7,958 nucleotides of DNA from a virus (IMGVR_UViG_2579778613_000007:1-7958), one strand, 5' to 3'; positions 1 to 5,877 are shown, counted from the stretch's first letter. Numbers and translations are program-made. The notes: generated by a model from the sequence alone, not told the origin.

Positions 1-228
1 GAGGGCTTTGCATTCTGCTTCGGTATACGTTTTACCGAGCATAATGTCTTTTCCGGTATGCCCGTAACATACAGTCCATACACCAACGATATCTTTATAT
101 GGTATGTAGCTGACGCCTTCCAGACCATCGTTACCACTTGGTCCAGTGATTAACACAGATGCTATAGCAATAGCCCCGCCACTTATCGCCGCTATTACGC
201 TATTTCGTAGTGCCGGTGACATTGCCAT
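1..228 (-). CDS. R: SAR endolysin (T4-lysozyme-type muramidase), phage 21 R-like; partial, 3' end lies beyond the window start
   Basis: ORF runs off position 1. ATG at 228-226 with GAGG 9 nt upstream (second ATG at 222-220). Translation [76 protein letters not shown]: Gly/Ala-rich signal-anchor-release segment followed by catalytic spacing E-x8-D-x5-T. Start overlaps the holin 3' end, as is usual in lambdoid lysis cassettes. Confidence 0.9.
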   Translation of the reverse strand, partial: MAMSPALRNSVIAAISGGAIAIASVLITGPSGNDGLEGVSYIPYKDIVGVWTVCYGHTGKDIMLGKTYTEAECKAL

Positions 229-403
229 TCAATCTGTCCTCGCGCTCTTTGCGCTTGTAGTACCAGTTGATGCCAAATGTGCCGACAGTACAAAGAATAC
301 CAATGATGACAGCCCAGTCATTCAGGGAGAGAATGCCACCCATCGCAGTCAGTCCTCCGAAGCTGTAACTGAACCATTCTCTGATTTTGTCCATACGGTA
401 CAT
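200..403 (-). CDS. Class II holin (pinholin-like, two predicted TM segments) with dual-start motif
   Basis: 67-aa [70 protein letters not shown]. Two hydrophobic segments, the first Gly/Ser-rich, and a charged C-terminus. Lies immediately upstream of and overlapping a SAR endolysin. Met1-Tyr-Arg-Met4 resembles holin/antiholin dual starts. SD GAAGGGG 6 nt upstream of Met1. Confidence 0.8.
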   Translation of the reverse strand: MYRMDKIREWFSYSFGGLTAMGGILSLNDWAVIIGILCTVGTFGINWYYKRKEREDRLNGNVTGTTK

Positions 404-409
404 GCTCTA

Positions 410-425
410 CCCCTTCATTGAGGGG
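410..425 (-). promoter_or_regulatory. Stem-loop sequestering the holin Shine-Dalgarno sequence (possible translational start-selection element)
   Basis: On the mRNA sense strand CCCCT-caatga-AGGGG forms a 5 bp stem whose 3' arm is the SD for holin Met1. Lambda carries an analogous hairpin (CCCCttattGGGGG, from memory) just upstream of S. Confidence 0.35.
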
Positions 426-530
426 ATTTGCTCTATTTAATTAGGAATAAGGTCGATTACTGATAGAACAAATCCAGGCTACTGTGTTTAGTAATCAGAT
501 TTGTTCGTGACCGATATGCACGGGCAAAAC

Positions 531-560
531 GGCAGGAGGTTGTTAGCGCGACCTCCTGCC
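531..560 (-). other. GC-rich perfect hairpin (10 bp stem, 10 nt loop) between tR' and the holin gene; possible attenuator or RNA processing element
   Basis: GGCAGGAGGT-tgttagcgcg-ACCTCCTGCC; on the minus strand it is followed by GTTTTG. I recall a near-identical hairpin at the same place in lambda. Confidence 0.3.
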
Positions 561-855
561 ACCCGCTTTCACGAAGATCATGTGTAGAAGGCAGCAGCGT
601 AACTATCACTGATGAATTCAGGATAGCCAGTGGCTACGGCTCAGTTTGGGTTGTGGCGGCCGGAATCGAACCGGCTTCCATCGGTGCGCTGCCGATTGCA
701 GTACGCGCGGCGGTCAGCTACATGACTAGTATTTTCACTGTCGCCTATCTGCTAGCTCGCCATTGAGCTTCACCACAACGATAAGAGCACTGCGCGGCAC
801 CTTTCACCAATTCCGCGAGGTCTGCGGGTTCAATGCTCTTACCTGTTGCACAGAT

Positions 856-913
856 ATAAAAAATCCCGAAACCGTTATGCAGGCTCTAACTATTACCTGC
901 GAACTGTTTCGGG
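856..913 (-). terminator. tR'-like rho-independent terminator of the late leader transcript
   Basis: Minus-strand stem CCCGAAAC...GTTTCGGG (865-913) containing an inner GCAGG...CCTGC hairpin, followed by ATTTTTTAT. Position is about 194 nt downstream of the inferred pR' start, as in lambda. Confidence 0.7.
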
Positions 914-1050
914 ATTGCATTTTGCAGACCTCTCAGCCTGCGATGGTTGGAGTTCCAGACGATACGTCGAAGTGACCAACTAGGCGGAATCGGTAGTAAG
1001 CGCCGCCTCTTTTTATCTCACTACCACAACGAGCGAATTAACCCATCGTT
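857..1050 (-). ncRNA. Lambda 6S-like late leader RNA (pR' start to tR')
   Basis: Interval between the inferred pR' +1 (plus coordinate 1050) and the tR' U-tract is 194 nt. The sequence is near-identical to what I recall of the lambda pR'-tR' region. No convincing ORF on this strand. Confidence 0.5.
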
Positions 1051-1085
1051 GGGTCAAATTTACCCAACTTTATTCAAAAAGTCAA
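1050..1085 (-). promoter_or_regulatory. Late promoter pR' with overlapping qut (Q-utilisation) region
   Basis: Minus-strand sequence TTGACT - 17 nt - TAAATT - TGACCC - AACGATGGG. The -35 and -10 hexamers have 17 nt spacing, and the -10-like AACGAT at +1..+6 matches the sigma-dependent pause element of lambda pR'. Located 43 nt downstream of the Q stop codon. Confidence 0.7.
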
Positions 1086-1127
1086 TATCATGCCGTTAAT
1101 ATGTTGCCATCCGTGGCAATCATGCTG

Positions 1128-1751
1128 CTAACGTGTGACCGCATTCAAAATGTTGTCTGCGATTGACTCTTCTTTGTGGCATTGCACCACCAGAGCGTCA
1201 TACAGCGGCTTAACAGTGCGTGACCAGGTGGGTTGGGTAAGATTTGGGATTAGCATCGTCACAGCGCGATATGCGGCGCTTGCTGGCATCCTTGAATAGC
1301 CGACACCTTTGCATCTTCCGCACTCTTTCTCAACAACTCTCCCCCACAGCTCTGTTTTGGCAATATCAACCGCACGGCCTGTACCGTGACAATCTCTGCA
1401 TCTTGCGCCCGGCGTCGCGGCACTACGGCAATAATCCGCATAAGCGAATGTTGCGAGCACTTGCAGTACCTTTGCCTTAGTATTTCCTTCAAGCTTTGCC
1501 ACACCACGGTATTTCCCCGATACCTTGTGTGCAAATTGCATCAGATAGTTGATAGCCTTTTGTTTGTCGTTCTGGCTGAGTTCATGCTTACCGCAGAATG
1601 CAGCCATTCCGAATCCGGCTTGTGATTGCGCCATCCCCATAGCAGCCATCACATCAGTACCGGAAAGAGAGTCAGAAGCCGTAGCCCGTGGTGAGTCGCT
1701 CATCATCGGGCTTTTTGGCGAATGAAATTTAGCTACGCTTTCGAGTCTCAT
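1128..1751 (-). CDS. Q: Late-gene antiterminator Q (lambda Q type, zinc-binding)
   Basis: 207-aa ORF MRLESVAKFHSPKSPMMSDSPRATASD...CRDCHGTGRAVD...CGRCKGVGYS...NAVTR with a Cys4 zinc motif; matches lambda Q as I recall it. Followed by pR'/qut. Start overlaps the ninH stop (ATGA). Confidence 0.95.
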   Translation of the reverse strand: MRLESVAKFHSPKSPMMSDSPRATASDSLSGTDVMAAMGMAQSQAGFGMAAFCGKHELSQNDKQKAINYLMQFAHKVSGKYRGVAKLEGNTKAKVLQVLATFAYADYCRSAATPGARCRDCHGTGRAVDIAKTELWGRVVEKECGRCKGVGYSRMPASAAYRAVTMLIPNLTQPTWSRTVKPLYDALVVQCHKEESIADNILNAVTR

Positions 1752-1936
1752 GGCCTTCCCCTTTTGCCCTGTTTGACCATCAGGACGCCGTTAACTATTA
1801 CGTGACGCTCGCCTTTGCTGTCTCGGTTGTACTTGAGCACTGTTCCTCTTGCGCAGGAAAGCATCCTCGCCACTTCGGTCTGATTTCCTCGTGTCTGGAT
1901 AAGAAGCTCTGGTATCGTTTGAATTGTGGCGTTCAT
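1748..1936 (-). CDS. ninH: NinH-like small DNA-binding protein
   Basis: 62-aa ORF MNATIQTIPELLIQTRGNQTEVARMLSCARGTVLKYNRDSKGERHVIVNGVLMVKQGKRGRP. Shares the GNQTEVAR..C.RGTV.KY core with lambda NinH. Sits directly upstream of Q; ATGA overlaps with both neighbours. Confidence 0.8.
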   Translation of the reverse strand: MNATIQTIPELLIQTRGNQTEVARMLSCARGTVLKYNRDSKGERHVIVNGVLMVKQGKRGRP

Positions 1937-2295
1937 GCGTTCTCCAGTTCGGTGATTTTTATTCCAAGCCTTCCGCCTGGTGCTTTCACACCACGAATTA
2001 CGCGAATGTCATCGAATTGCTCGTCGTCTTCCGCAAATCCGGCGTGGATAAGTGAGTCGAGTAAACCTTTCAGGATGTTATCGAGGTCGCGGCGGCGGGA
2101 GTCTGGAACGTCTGCGATTACTTTGATGCGGAGTCGTGATTTGGTGAAAATGTCTAACTTGAGTTGGCGGATGATTTTCTGAACGTCTTTTCGGTATTTC
2201 TGGCCTTTATCGCTGATGTGGTATTGGCTTCCCCGTCTTCGCCAGTAGGTATTCACCGACGGCGGGTATGGAAGCACAAACTGATATTCGTTCAT
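1933..2295 (-). CDS. rusA: RusA-family Holliday junction resolvase
   Basis: 120-aa ORF MNEYQFVLPYPPSVNTYWRRRG...DVPDSRRRDLDNILKGLLDSL...GGRLGIKITELENA with the RusA catalytic acidic motif (RRRDLDN). Strong SD GGAGGG 8 nt upstream of the ATG at 2295. Confidence 0.9.
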   Translation of the reverse strand: MNEYQFVLPYPPSVNTYWRRRGSQYHISDKGQKYRKDVQKIIRQLKLDIFTKSRLRIKVIADVPDSRRRDLDNILKGLLDSLIHAGFAEDDEQFDDIRVIRGVKAPGGRLGIKITELENA

Positions 2296-2708
2296 GGCTT
2301 AATCTTTCCCTCCTTCAGCAGTATCGCCTGGCTGAATACGACAAAGAGTGCGCGGGATTGCCACATCGAGTATCAGCAAGGAGAGAATATCAATCATCGG
2401 AACGCGGCAGAGAACGGTGTAACGCAGCCAAAAAGCGGTTCATTCAGAGCAACCCATGGAAAAGAAAAGCCCACATCATCGTGGGTAATTTTTTGCGCGA
2501 CGGTAAGCTAATCCGACCACCACAATGTGAGTGCTGCGGATCAGAATGTAAACCACAGGCGCACCACTGCGACTACAGCAAACCAACCGATGTGATGTGG
2601 CTCTGCAAGTCATGTCATGTCGAGTGGCACAAACATAACAAACCTATCTACCCAGAAGAGGAACCAGTAACTCTCCCCTTCCCTCGTCACGCTATTCACG
2701 CAATTTAA
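2268..2708 (+). CDS. HNH-like (His-Me finger) nuclease; start codon uncertain
   Basis: C-terminal motif CECCGSECKPQAHHCDYSKPTDVMWLCKSCHVEWHKH fits the HNH pattern CxxCG...HH...WLCxxCHxxxH. The stop TAA overlaps the SD of the next gene. The ATG at 2268 has no good SD and overlaps the rusA start on the opposite strand by 28 nt; the true start may be internal (for example TTG at 2358). Confidence 0.55.
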   Translation: MEAQTDIRSWLNLSLLQQYRLAEYDKECAGLPHRVSARREYQSSERGRERCNAAKKRFIQSNPWKRKAHIIVGNFLRDGKLIRPPQCECCGSECKPQAHHCDYSKPTDVMWLCKSCHVEWHKHNKPIYPEEEPVTLPFPRHAIHAI

Positions 2709-2716
2709 GGACTTAC

Positions 2717-3265
2717 ATGAATCACTTGATGGTTGACCTTGAAACAATGGGCAACGGGCCATACGCGCCAGTTATTTCTATTGGGGCGGTATTCTTTGAC
2801 CCGAATACCGGAGAAACAGGAGAAGAGTTCTCGGTAAATATCTCGCTTGAGTCATCAATGCGATATCGGGCGCGTCCTGACGCTTCAACGATTTTATGGT
2901 GGATGGAACAGAGTGAAGAAGCCAGAAAATCGCTAACCAGCAACACTCAGGAGCTTTCAACGGCTCTTTCATGGTTATCTGAATTCATCATAAAGAACGC
3001 TAACCACAAATTCGTTCAGGTTTGGGGGAATGGAGCATCATTTGACTGCGTTATTCTCCGAAACAGTTATTCGCTGACAGGGCAGCCAGTTCCGTGGCAG
3101 TGGTGGAATGACCGCGATGTAAGAACAATCGTCGAGCTTGGAAAGGTAATAGGATTCGACCCTAAGCGAGATATGCCATTCAAAGGAACTCGTCACAACG
3201 CGCTTGATGATGCCATCCACCAAGCCAAATACGTTTCAGCAATCTGGAAAAAATTAGCTAAATAA
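2717..3265 (+). CDS. DnaQ-like DEDDh 3'-5' exonuclease
   Basis: 182-aa ORF with all three exonuclease motifs: Exo I MVDLETMG (D, E), Exo II VWGNGASFD (D), Exo III HNALDDAIHQ (H, D). SD AAGGA 5 nt upstream of the ATG. Confidence 0.8.
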   Translation: MNHLMVDLETMGNGPYAPVISIGAVFFDPNTGETGEEFSVNISLESSMRYRARPDASTILWWMEQSEEARKSLTSNTQELSTALSWLSEFIIKNANHKFVQVWGNGASFDCVILRNSYSLTGQPVPWQWWNDRDVRTIVELGKVIGFDPKRDMPFKGTRHNALDDAIHQAKYVSAIWKKLAK

Positions 3266-3281
3266 TCAACAGGAGAAAATC

Positions 3282-3575
3282 ATGCCAGCGCCTCTGTATG
3301 GTGCGGATGACCCGCGCCGCTGTTCCGGCAATTCCGTATCGGAGGTGCTGGCTAAATTCAGAAAAAACTACGACCTGATAATGTCGCTACCGCAGGAAAC
3401 GAAAGAGGAAAAGGAATTTCGCCATTGTATATGGCTTGCAGAGAAAGAAGAACGCGAGCGAATTTACCAGACATCAATCCGACCATTCCGCAAAGCCACA
3501 TATACCCACTTCCCTGAAATTGACCCGCGCCTGCGTAATTACCGCTCACGCTATGGCGCTATCAGTAATGACTGA
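3282..3575 (+). CDS. Hypothetical protein (97 aa)
   Basis: ATG at 3282 preceded by AGGAG; co-oriented, 16 nt after the exonuclease stop. No recognisable domain. Confidence 0.6.
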   Translation: MPAPLYGADDPRRCSGNSVSEVLAKFRKNYDLIMSLPQETKEEKEFRHCIWLAEKEERERIYQTSIRPFRKATYTHFPEIDPRLRNYRSRYGAISND

Positions 3576-3585
3576 GGAATTTACC

Positions 3586-3753
3586 ATGAGAGGACTTGCA
3601 TACAATCCCGGCATTCTTCAGGCAGAAATGATTATTCGCCAACGCGTAAAGCCAATGCCATCGAGAGAGGAATTGCTTAAGAGAAAGAGTTTCGGTTCTG
3701 TTAATGACAACAAATATCTGAATGCGATGTGGCGCAAAGGAGGCAACCAGTGA
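3586..3753 (+). CDS. Hypothetical small protein (55 aa)
   Basis: ATG at 3586 with GAGG 8 nt upstream. The longer ORF from 3436 in the track overlaps the previous gene in another frame and is less likely. Ends in the repeated motif AGGAGGCAACCAGTGA. Confidence 0.5.
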   Translation: MRGLAYNPGILQAEMIIRQRVKPMPSREELLKRKSFGSVNDNKYLNAMWRKGGNQ

Positions 3754-3804
3754 GTAATTCAGCACGACTACAGCTTGGTTTTTCACCGCTATCAAAAAAC
3801 TATC

Positions 3805-4005
3805 ATGCTGGCAAAAATGCGCGATGTTGAAGGTGGGCGTATGCGCGTTGGCAATGATCCAGGTCGTGATGTTACCAATGAGGATGCTCAATTGGTGTGG
3901 CAACTGGTCATGGCTGAAGGTGGTGAGATCGCGTGGGAGCTGGATGATGGTTCTCGCATGGTGTTGAAGGCAGAAAAACAGGAGGCAACCAGTGAACAAG
4001 ATTGA
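3805..4005 (+). CDS. Hypothetical small protein; start uncertain (ORF open from TTG at 3775, first ATG at 3805, no clear SD)
   Basis: Open frame ...MLAKMRDVEGGRMRVGNDPGRDVTNEDAQLVWQLVMAEGGEIAWELDDGSRMVLKAEKQEATSEQD. Its 3' end overlaps the start of the next gene by 14 nt. It may be the downstream part of a frameshifted gene. Confidence 0.4.
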   Translation: MLAKMRDVEGGRMRVGNDPGRDVTNEDAQLVWQLVMAEGGEIAWELDDGSRMVLKAEKQEATSEQD

Positions 4006-4486
4006 CTATCAGGCACTGCGTGAGGCGGCAGAGCGTGCAATTCAGGCAATGGAACGCCTGTTAATGTTGCCAGTTGATGATGATCTGATAAGCGAACAGG
4101 AACTTAAAGATTTCGGTGTGGATATTGATGCGCTCAACGCCTTCAAATTTCTGGCCGGACCAGAAACCGTGCTGGCACTACTTGATGAACGGGAAGCAGA
4201 CAAAAAGCGCATTGCAGAACTGGAAGCTCGGGAAATAAAACCAGCCAAAGGTGAAGTTCTTGTCGTTGTTTCTGGTTTTACTGGTTGCGGAAAAAGCGCC
4301 ATTGCCGGGGAAATAGAAATCGCGATGAAGGCTATTGGTGTACCGGTTCAGTGGACTAATGGCGATGCGGAAAAGCGCATGACAGGAGCTGACTGGCTGA
4401 CAGCGATTGAGATGTACAAACCAACTGTGCGCATCGTGGAAGTTAATGTGCCACGCGTCGCTGGAATTCGCATCAAAGGAGAGTGA
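3992..4486 (+). CDS. Ead/Ea22-like early-region protein
   Basis: GTG start with AGGAGG 6 nt upstream. The N-terminal YQALREAAERA and central TVLALLDERE motifs match what I recall of Ead/Ea22-like prophage proteins. The C-terminal part carries a Walker-A-like GFTGCGKS. Confidence 0.6.
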   Translation: MNKIDYQALREAAERAIQAMERLLMLPVDDDLISEQELKDFGVDIDALNAFKFLAGPETVLALLDEREADKKRIAELEAREIKPAKGEVLVVVSGFTGCGKSAIAGEIEIAMKAIGVPVQWTNGDAEKRMTGADWLTAIEMYKPTVRIVEVNVPRVAGIRIKGE

Positions 4487-4487
4487 T

Positions 4488-4685
4488 ATGGATAAAAACA
4501 CCACTGCCTACTGGAGTCTGTCACTTGATACCGAATGTCCCAAATGTGGTCACAATTTCGATCTGCTTTGTGATCCAGATTTCTGGGAGTTTTCTGGAGC
4601 TAAACAGGCATGTGAAGAAATAAAAGGTTACGAAACATGCTGTCCAGAATGTAACCATGAATTTAAAACAGATTTCGTGTATTGA
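4488..4685 (+). CDS. Small zinc-ribbon protein (65 aa)
   Basis: MDKNTTAYWSLSLDTECPKCGHNFDLLCDPDFWEFSGAKQACEEIKGYETCCPECNHEFKTDFVY with two Cys pairs (CPKC ... CPEC). The ATG lies 1 nt after the upstream TGA within the repeated module AAAGGAGAGTGATATG. Confidence 0.6.
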   Translation: MDKNTTAYWSLSLDTECPKCGHNFDLLCDPDFWEFSGAKQACEEIKGYETCCPECNHEFKTDFVY

Positions 4686-4695
4686 GGCATAACAA

Positions 4696-4812
4696 ATGAC
4701 CACTATTACCAAAGAATGGCTACAGAAAACGATTACCAGCATTGAGTCAGCACGGGATGAAATGCCGTTCGGACTCGATGAAGATCAAAGCAACATGCTT
4801 ACCGCAATTTAA
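4696..4812 (+). CDS. Short ORF (38 aa), possibly the N-terminal remnant of a frameshifted gene
   Basis: ATGACCACTATTACC... (MTTITKEWLQKTITSIESARDEMPFGLDEDQSNMLTAI). Its first 11 nt are identical to the start of the DUF551-like gene at 4979, and the N-terminus resembles MTTIIDKK...LNELITNIEFAAR. Confidence 0.3.
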   Translation: MTTITKEWLQKTITSIESARDEMPFGLDEDQSNMLTAI

Positions 4813-4978
4813 AATTGCACTGGCATCACTGGAAGCAAAACCAATAGGTGCTTTCCACATTGCAGAACAGCAAGTTGACGGCACAAGTGACTATCTCAAG
4901 GATGGAGAATGGCCTATTGATAATGGGATTATTGAAGTCTACACCGCGCCGCCATGCTTCAGGGTAAAGGAGAGTGAT

Positions 4979-5542
4979 ATGACCACTATAATCGATAAGA
5001 AACAGTATCCAGGCGAGCAATATCTTAATGAGCTGATCACCAACATAGAGTTTGCTGCAAGGGCACCAGTTGAAGTCGTGAGAGCAATGGCAGCAGAGCT
5101 ACAGAAGCGGCGCGAAGCTGATAGTGCCGAACCTGCAAGTAATCATGAAGAGTTGCCACTTGATTATCTCCAAGGTCAAAAAGATGGTCTTGAATGGGCT
5201 GCGCAGCTTGCAGAAGCAAATCACCCACAAACTGGCGACTGGCTTTACGATGACCCGCTGGAGCTGGCTAAAGCTATCAGAAAAGGTCCTGACATGCCCG
5301 AATTCGATGGACCAGCTCCGGTAACTCCGGATGGCTGGATAAGCTGTAGTGAGCGAATGCCAGATGATGGTCAGCACGTAATTATTTTATGTGATGGCGC
5401 ATTCGTTCTTTATGCGCAATATCGAGACAGTGAGTTTTTTGATGTTGTCCGCAATGGTGAGGAGTTCTTCGAAACGCAGAGCCGCAATGTAACCCACTGG
5501 ATGCCGCTACCGGAACCGCCGCAGGAGGCTGACAATGGCTAA
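4979..5542 (+). CDS. DUF551-like phage protein; the same frame is open upstream to 4757/4742, so an N-terminally extended form is possible
   Basis: C-terminal PDGWISCSERMPDDGQHVIIL...NVTHWMPLPEPP is the pattern I associate with DUF551. The ATG at 4979 is preceded by AAAGGAGAGTGAT, the same RBS module as at 4475-4490. Confidence 0.65.
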   Translation: MTTIIDKKQYPGEQYLNELITNIEFAARAPVEVVRAMAAELQKRREADSAEPASNHEELPLDYLQGQKDGLEWAAQLAEANHPQTGDWLYDDPLELAKAIRKGPDMPEFDGPAPVTPDGWISCSERMPDDGQHVIILCDGAFVLYAQYRDSEFFDVVRNGEEFFETQSRNVTHWMPLPEPPQEADNG

Positions 5543-5819
5543 TCTGCAACTGGCAGTGAACGGCGAATACTTCGACCAGATGAAGCGGGGCGAGAAAACG
5601 GAAGAGTATCGCCTGTGTAATGACTACTGGAATAAGCGAATTATGTTCCGGGAGTATGACCGCCTGATTATCACAAAGGGATATCCGAAGCGCGACGATT
5701 CCAGTCGCAGAATTGATGTTCCGTATGGTGGATATGAAATCAAGACAATCACACATCCGCACTTCGGCGATAAACCGGTAAAGGTGTTCGCGATAAAGGT
5801 GAATATCGGCAATGAATAA
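5535..5819 (+). CDS. ASCH/PUA-like small protein (94 aa)
   Basis: MANLQLAVNGEYFDQMKRGEKTEEYRL... The G-x-K-T-x-E-x-R signature near the N-terminus and the size fit an ASCH-type fold. AGGAGG 6 nt upstream of the ATG; overlaps the DUF551-like gene stop by 8 nt. Confidence 0.5.
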   Translation: MANLQLAVNGEYFDQMKRGEKTEEYRLCNDYWNKRIMFREYDRLIITKGYPKRDDSSRRIDVPYGGYEIKTITHPHFGDKPVKVFAIKVNIGNE

Positions 5820-5822
5820 CAT

Positions 5823-5847
5823 CCTCGCACTCGCGGGGATTTCTTTT
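5823..5847 (+). terminator. Rho-independent terminator (first of a tandem pair)
   Basis: Stem CCTCGC-actc-GCGGGG (one G-U pair) followed by ATTTCTTTT, 4 nt after the ASCH-like stop codon. Confidence 0.55.
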
Positions 5848-5852
5848 ATCTG

Positions 5853-5877
5853 AACTCGCTACGGCGAGTTTTGTTTT
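5853..5877 (+). terminator. Rho-independent terminator (second of a tandem pair)
   Basis: Stem AACTCGC-tacg-GCGAGTT followed by TTGTTTT. Confidence 0.6.

Noticed and set aside
146-421. Plus-strand 91-aa ORF overlapping the holin and endolysin start
   Set aside because: It is antisense to two well-supported lysis genes, with no SD; an overlap artifact.
641-730. tRNA-like T-arm on the minus strand (GCCGG-TTCGATT-CCGGC, plus coordinates 656-674) that could indicate a tRNA gene between Q and the lysis genes, as in some Stx phages
   Set aside because: No acceptor stem is possible: the 7 nt 3' of the T-arm (CGCCACA) has no complementary partner in the 80 nt upstream, no CCA follows, and no D-arm or anticodon arm can be built. 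Treated as a chance or vestigial motif.
763-975. Plus-strand 70-aa ORF in the pR'-tR' leader region
   Set aside because: It lies antisense to the 6S-like leader and tR' terminator, with no SD and no recognisable product.
1244-2182. Several ORFs overlapping Q, ninH and rusA (1244-1480 +, 1259-1534 -, 1386-1625 +, 1802-2182 +) and 2164-2511 +
   Set aside because: Alternative-frame or antisense ORFs inside confidently assigned genes; low-complexity translations, no RBS.
3436-3753. Long form (105 aa) of the small ORF starting at 3436
   Set aside because: Its first 140 nt overlap the upstream 97-aa gene in another frame. The internal ATG at 3586 has a proper SD, so the short form was annotated.
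3562-3999. Minus-strand 145-aa ORF, and similar antisense ORFs at 2722-2972, 3038-3223, 3358-3549, 4042-4504, 4521-4742, 4826-5377, 5382-5946 and 6004-6189
   Set aside because: All are antisense to the compact plus-strand operon, with odd compositions (His/Cys/Phe-rich) and no RBS; judged spurious.
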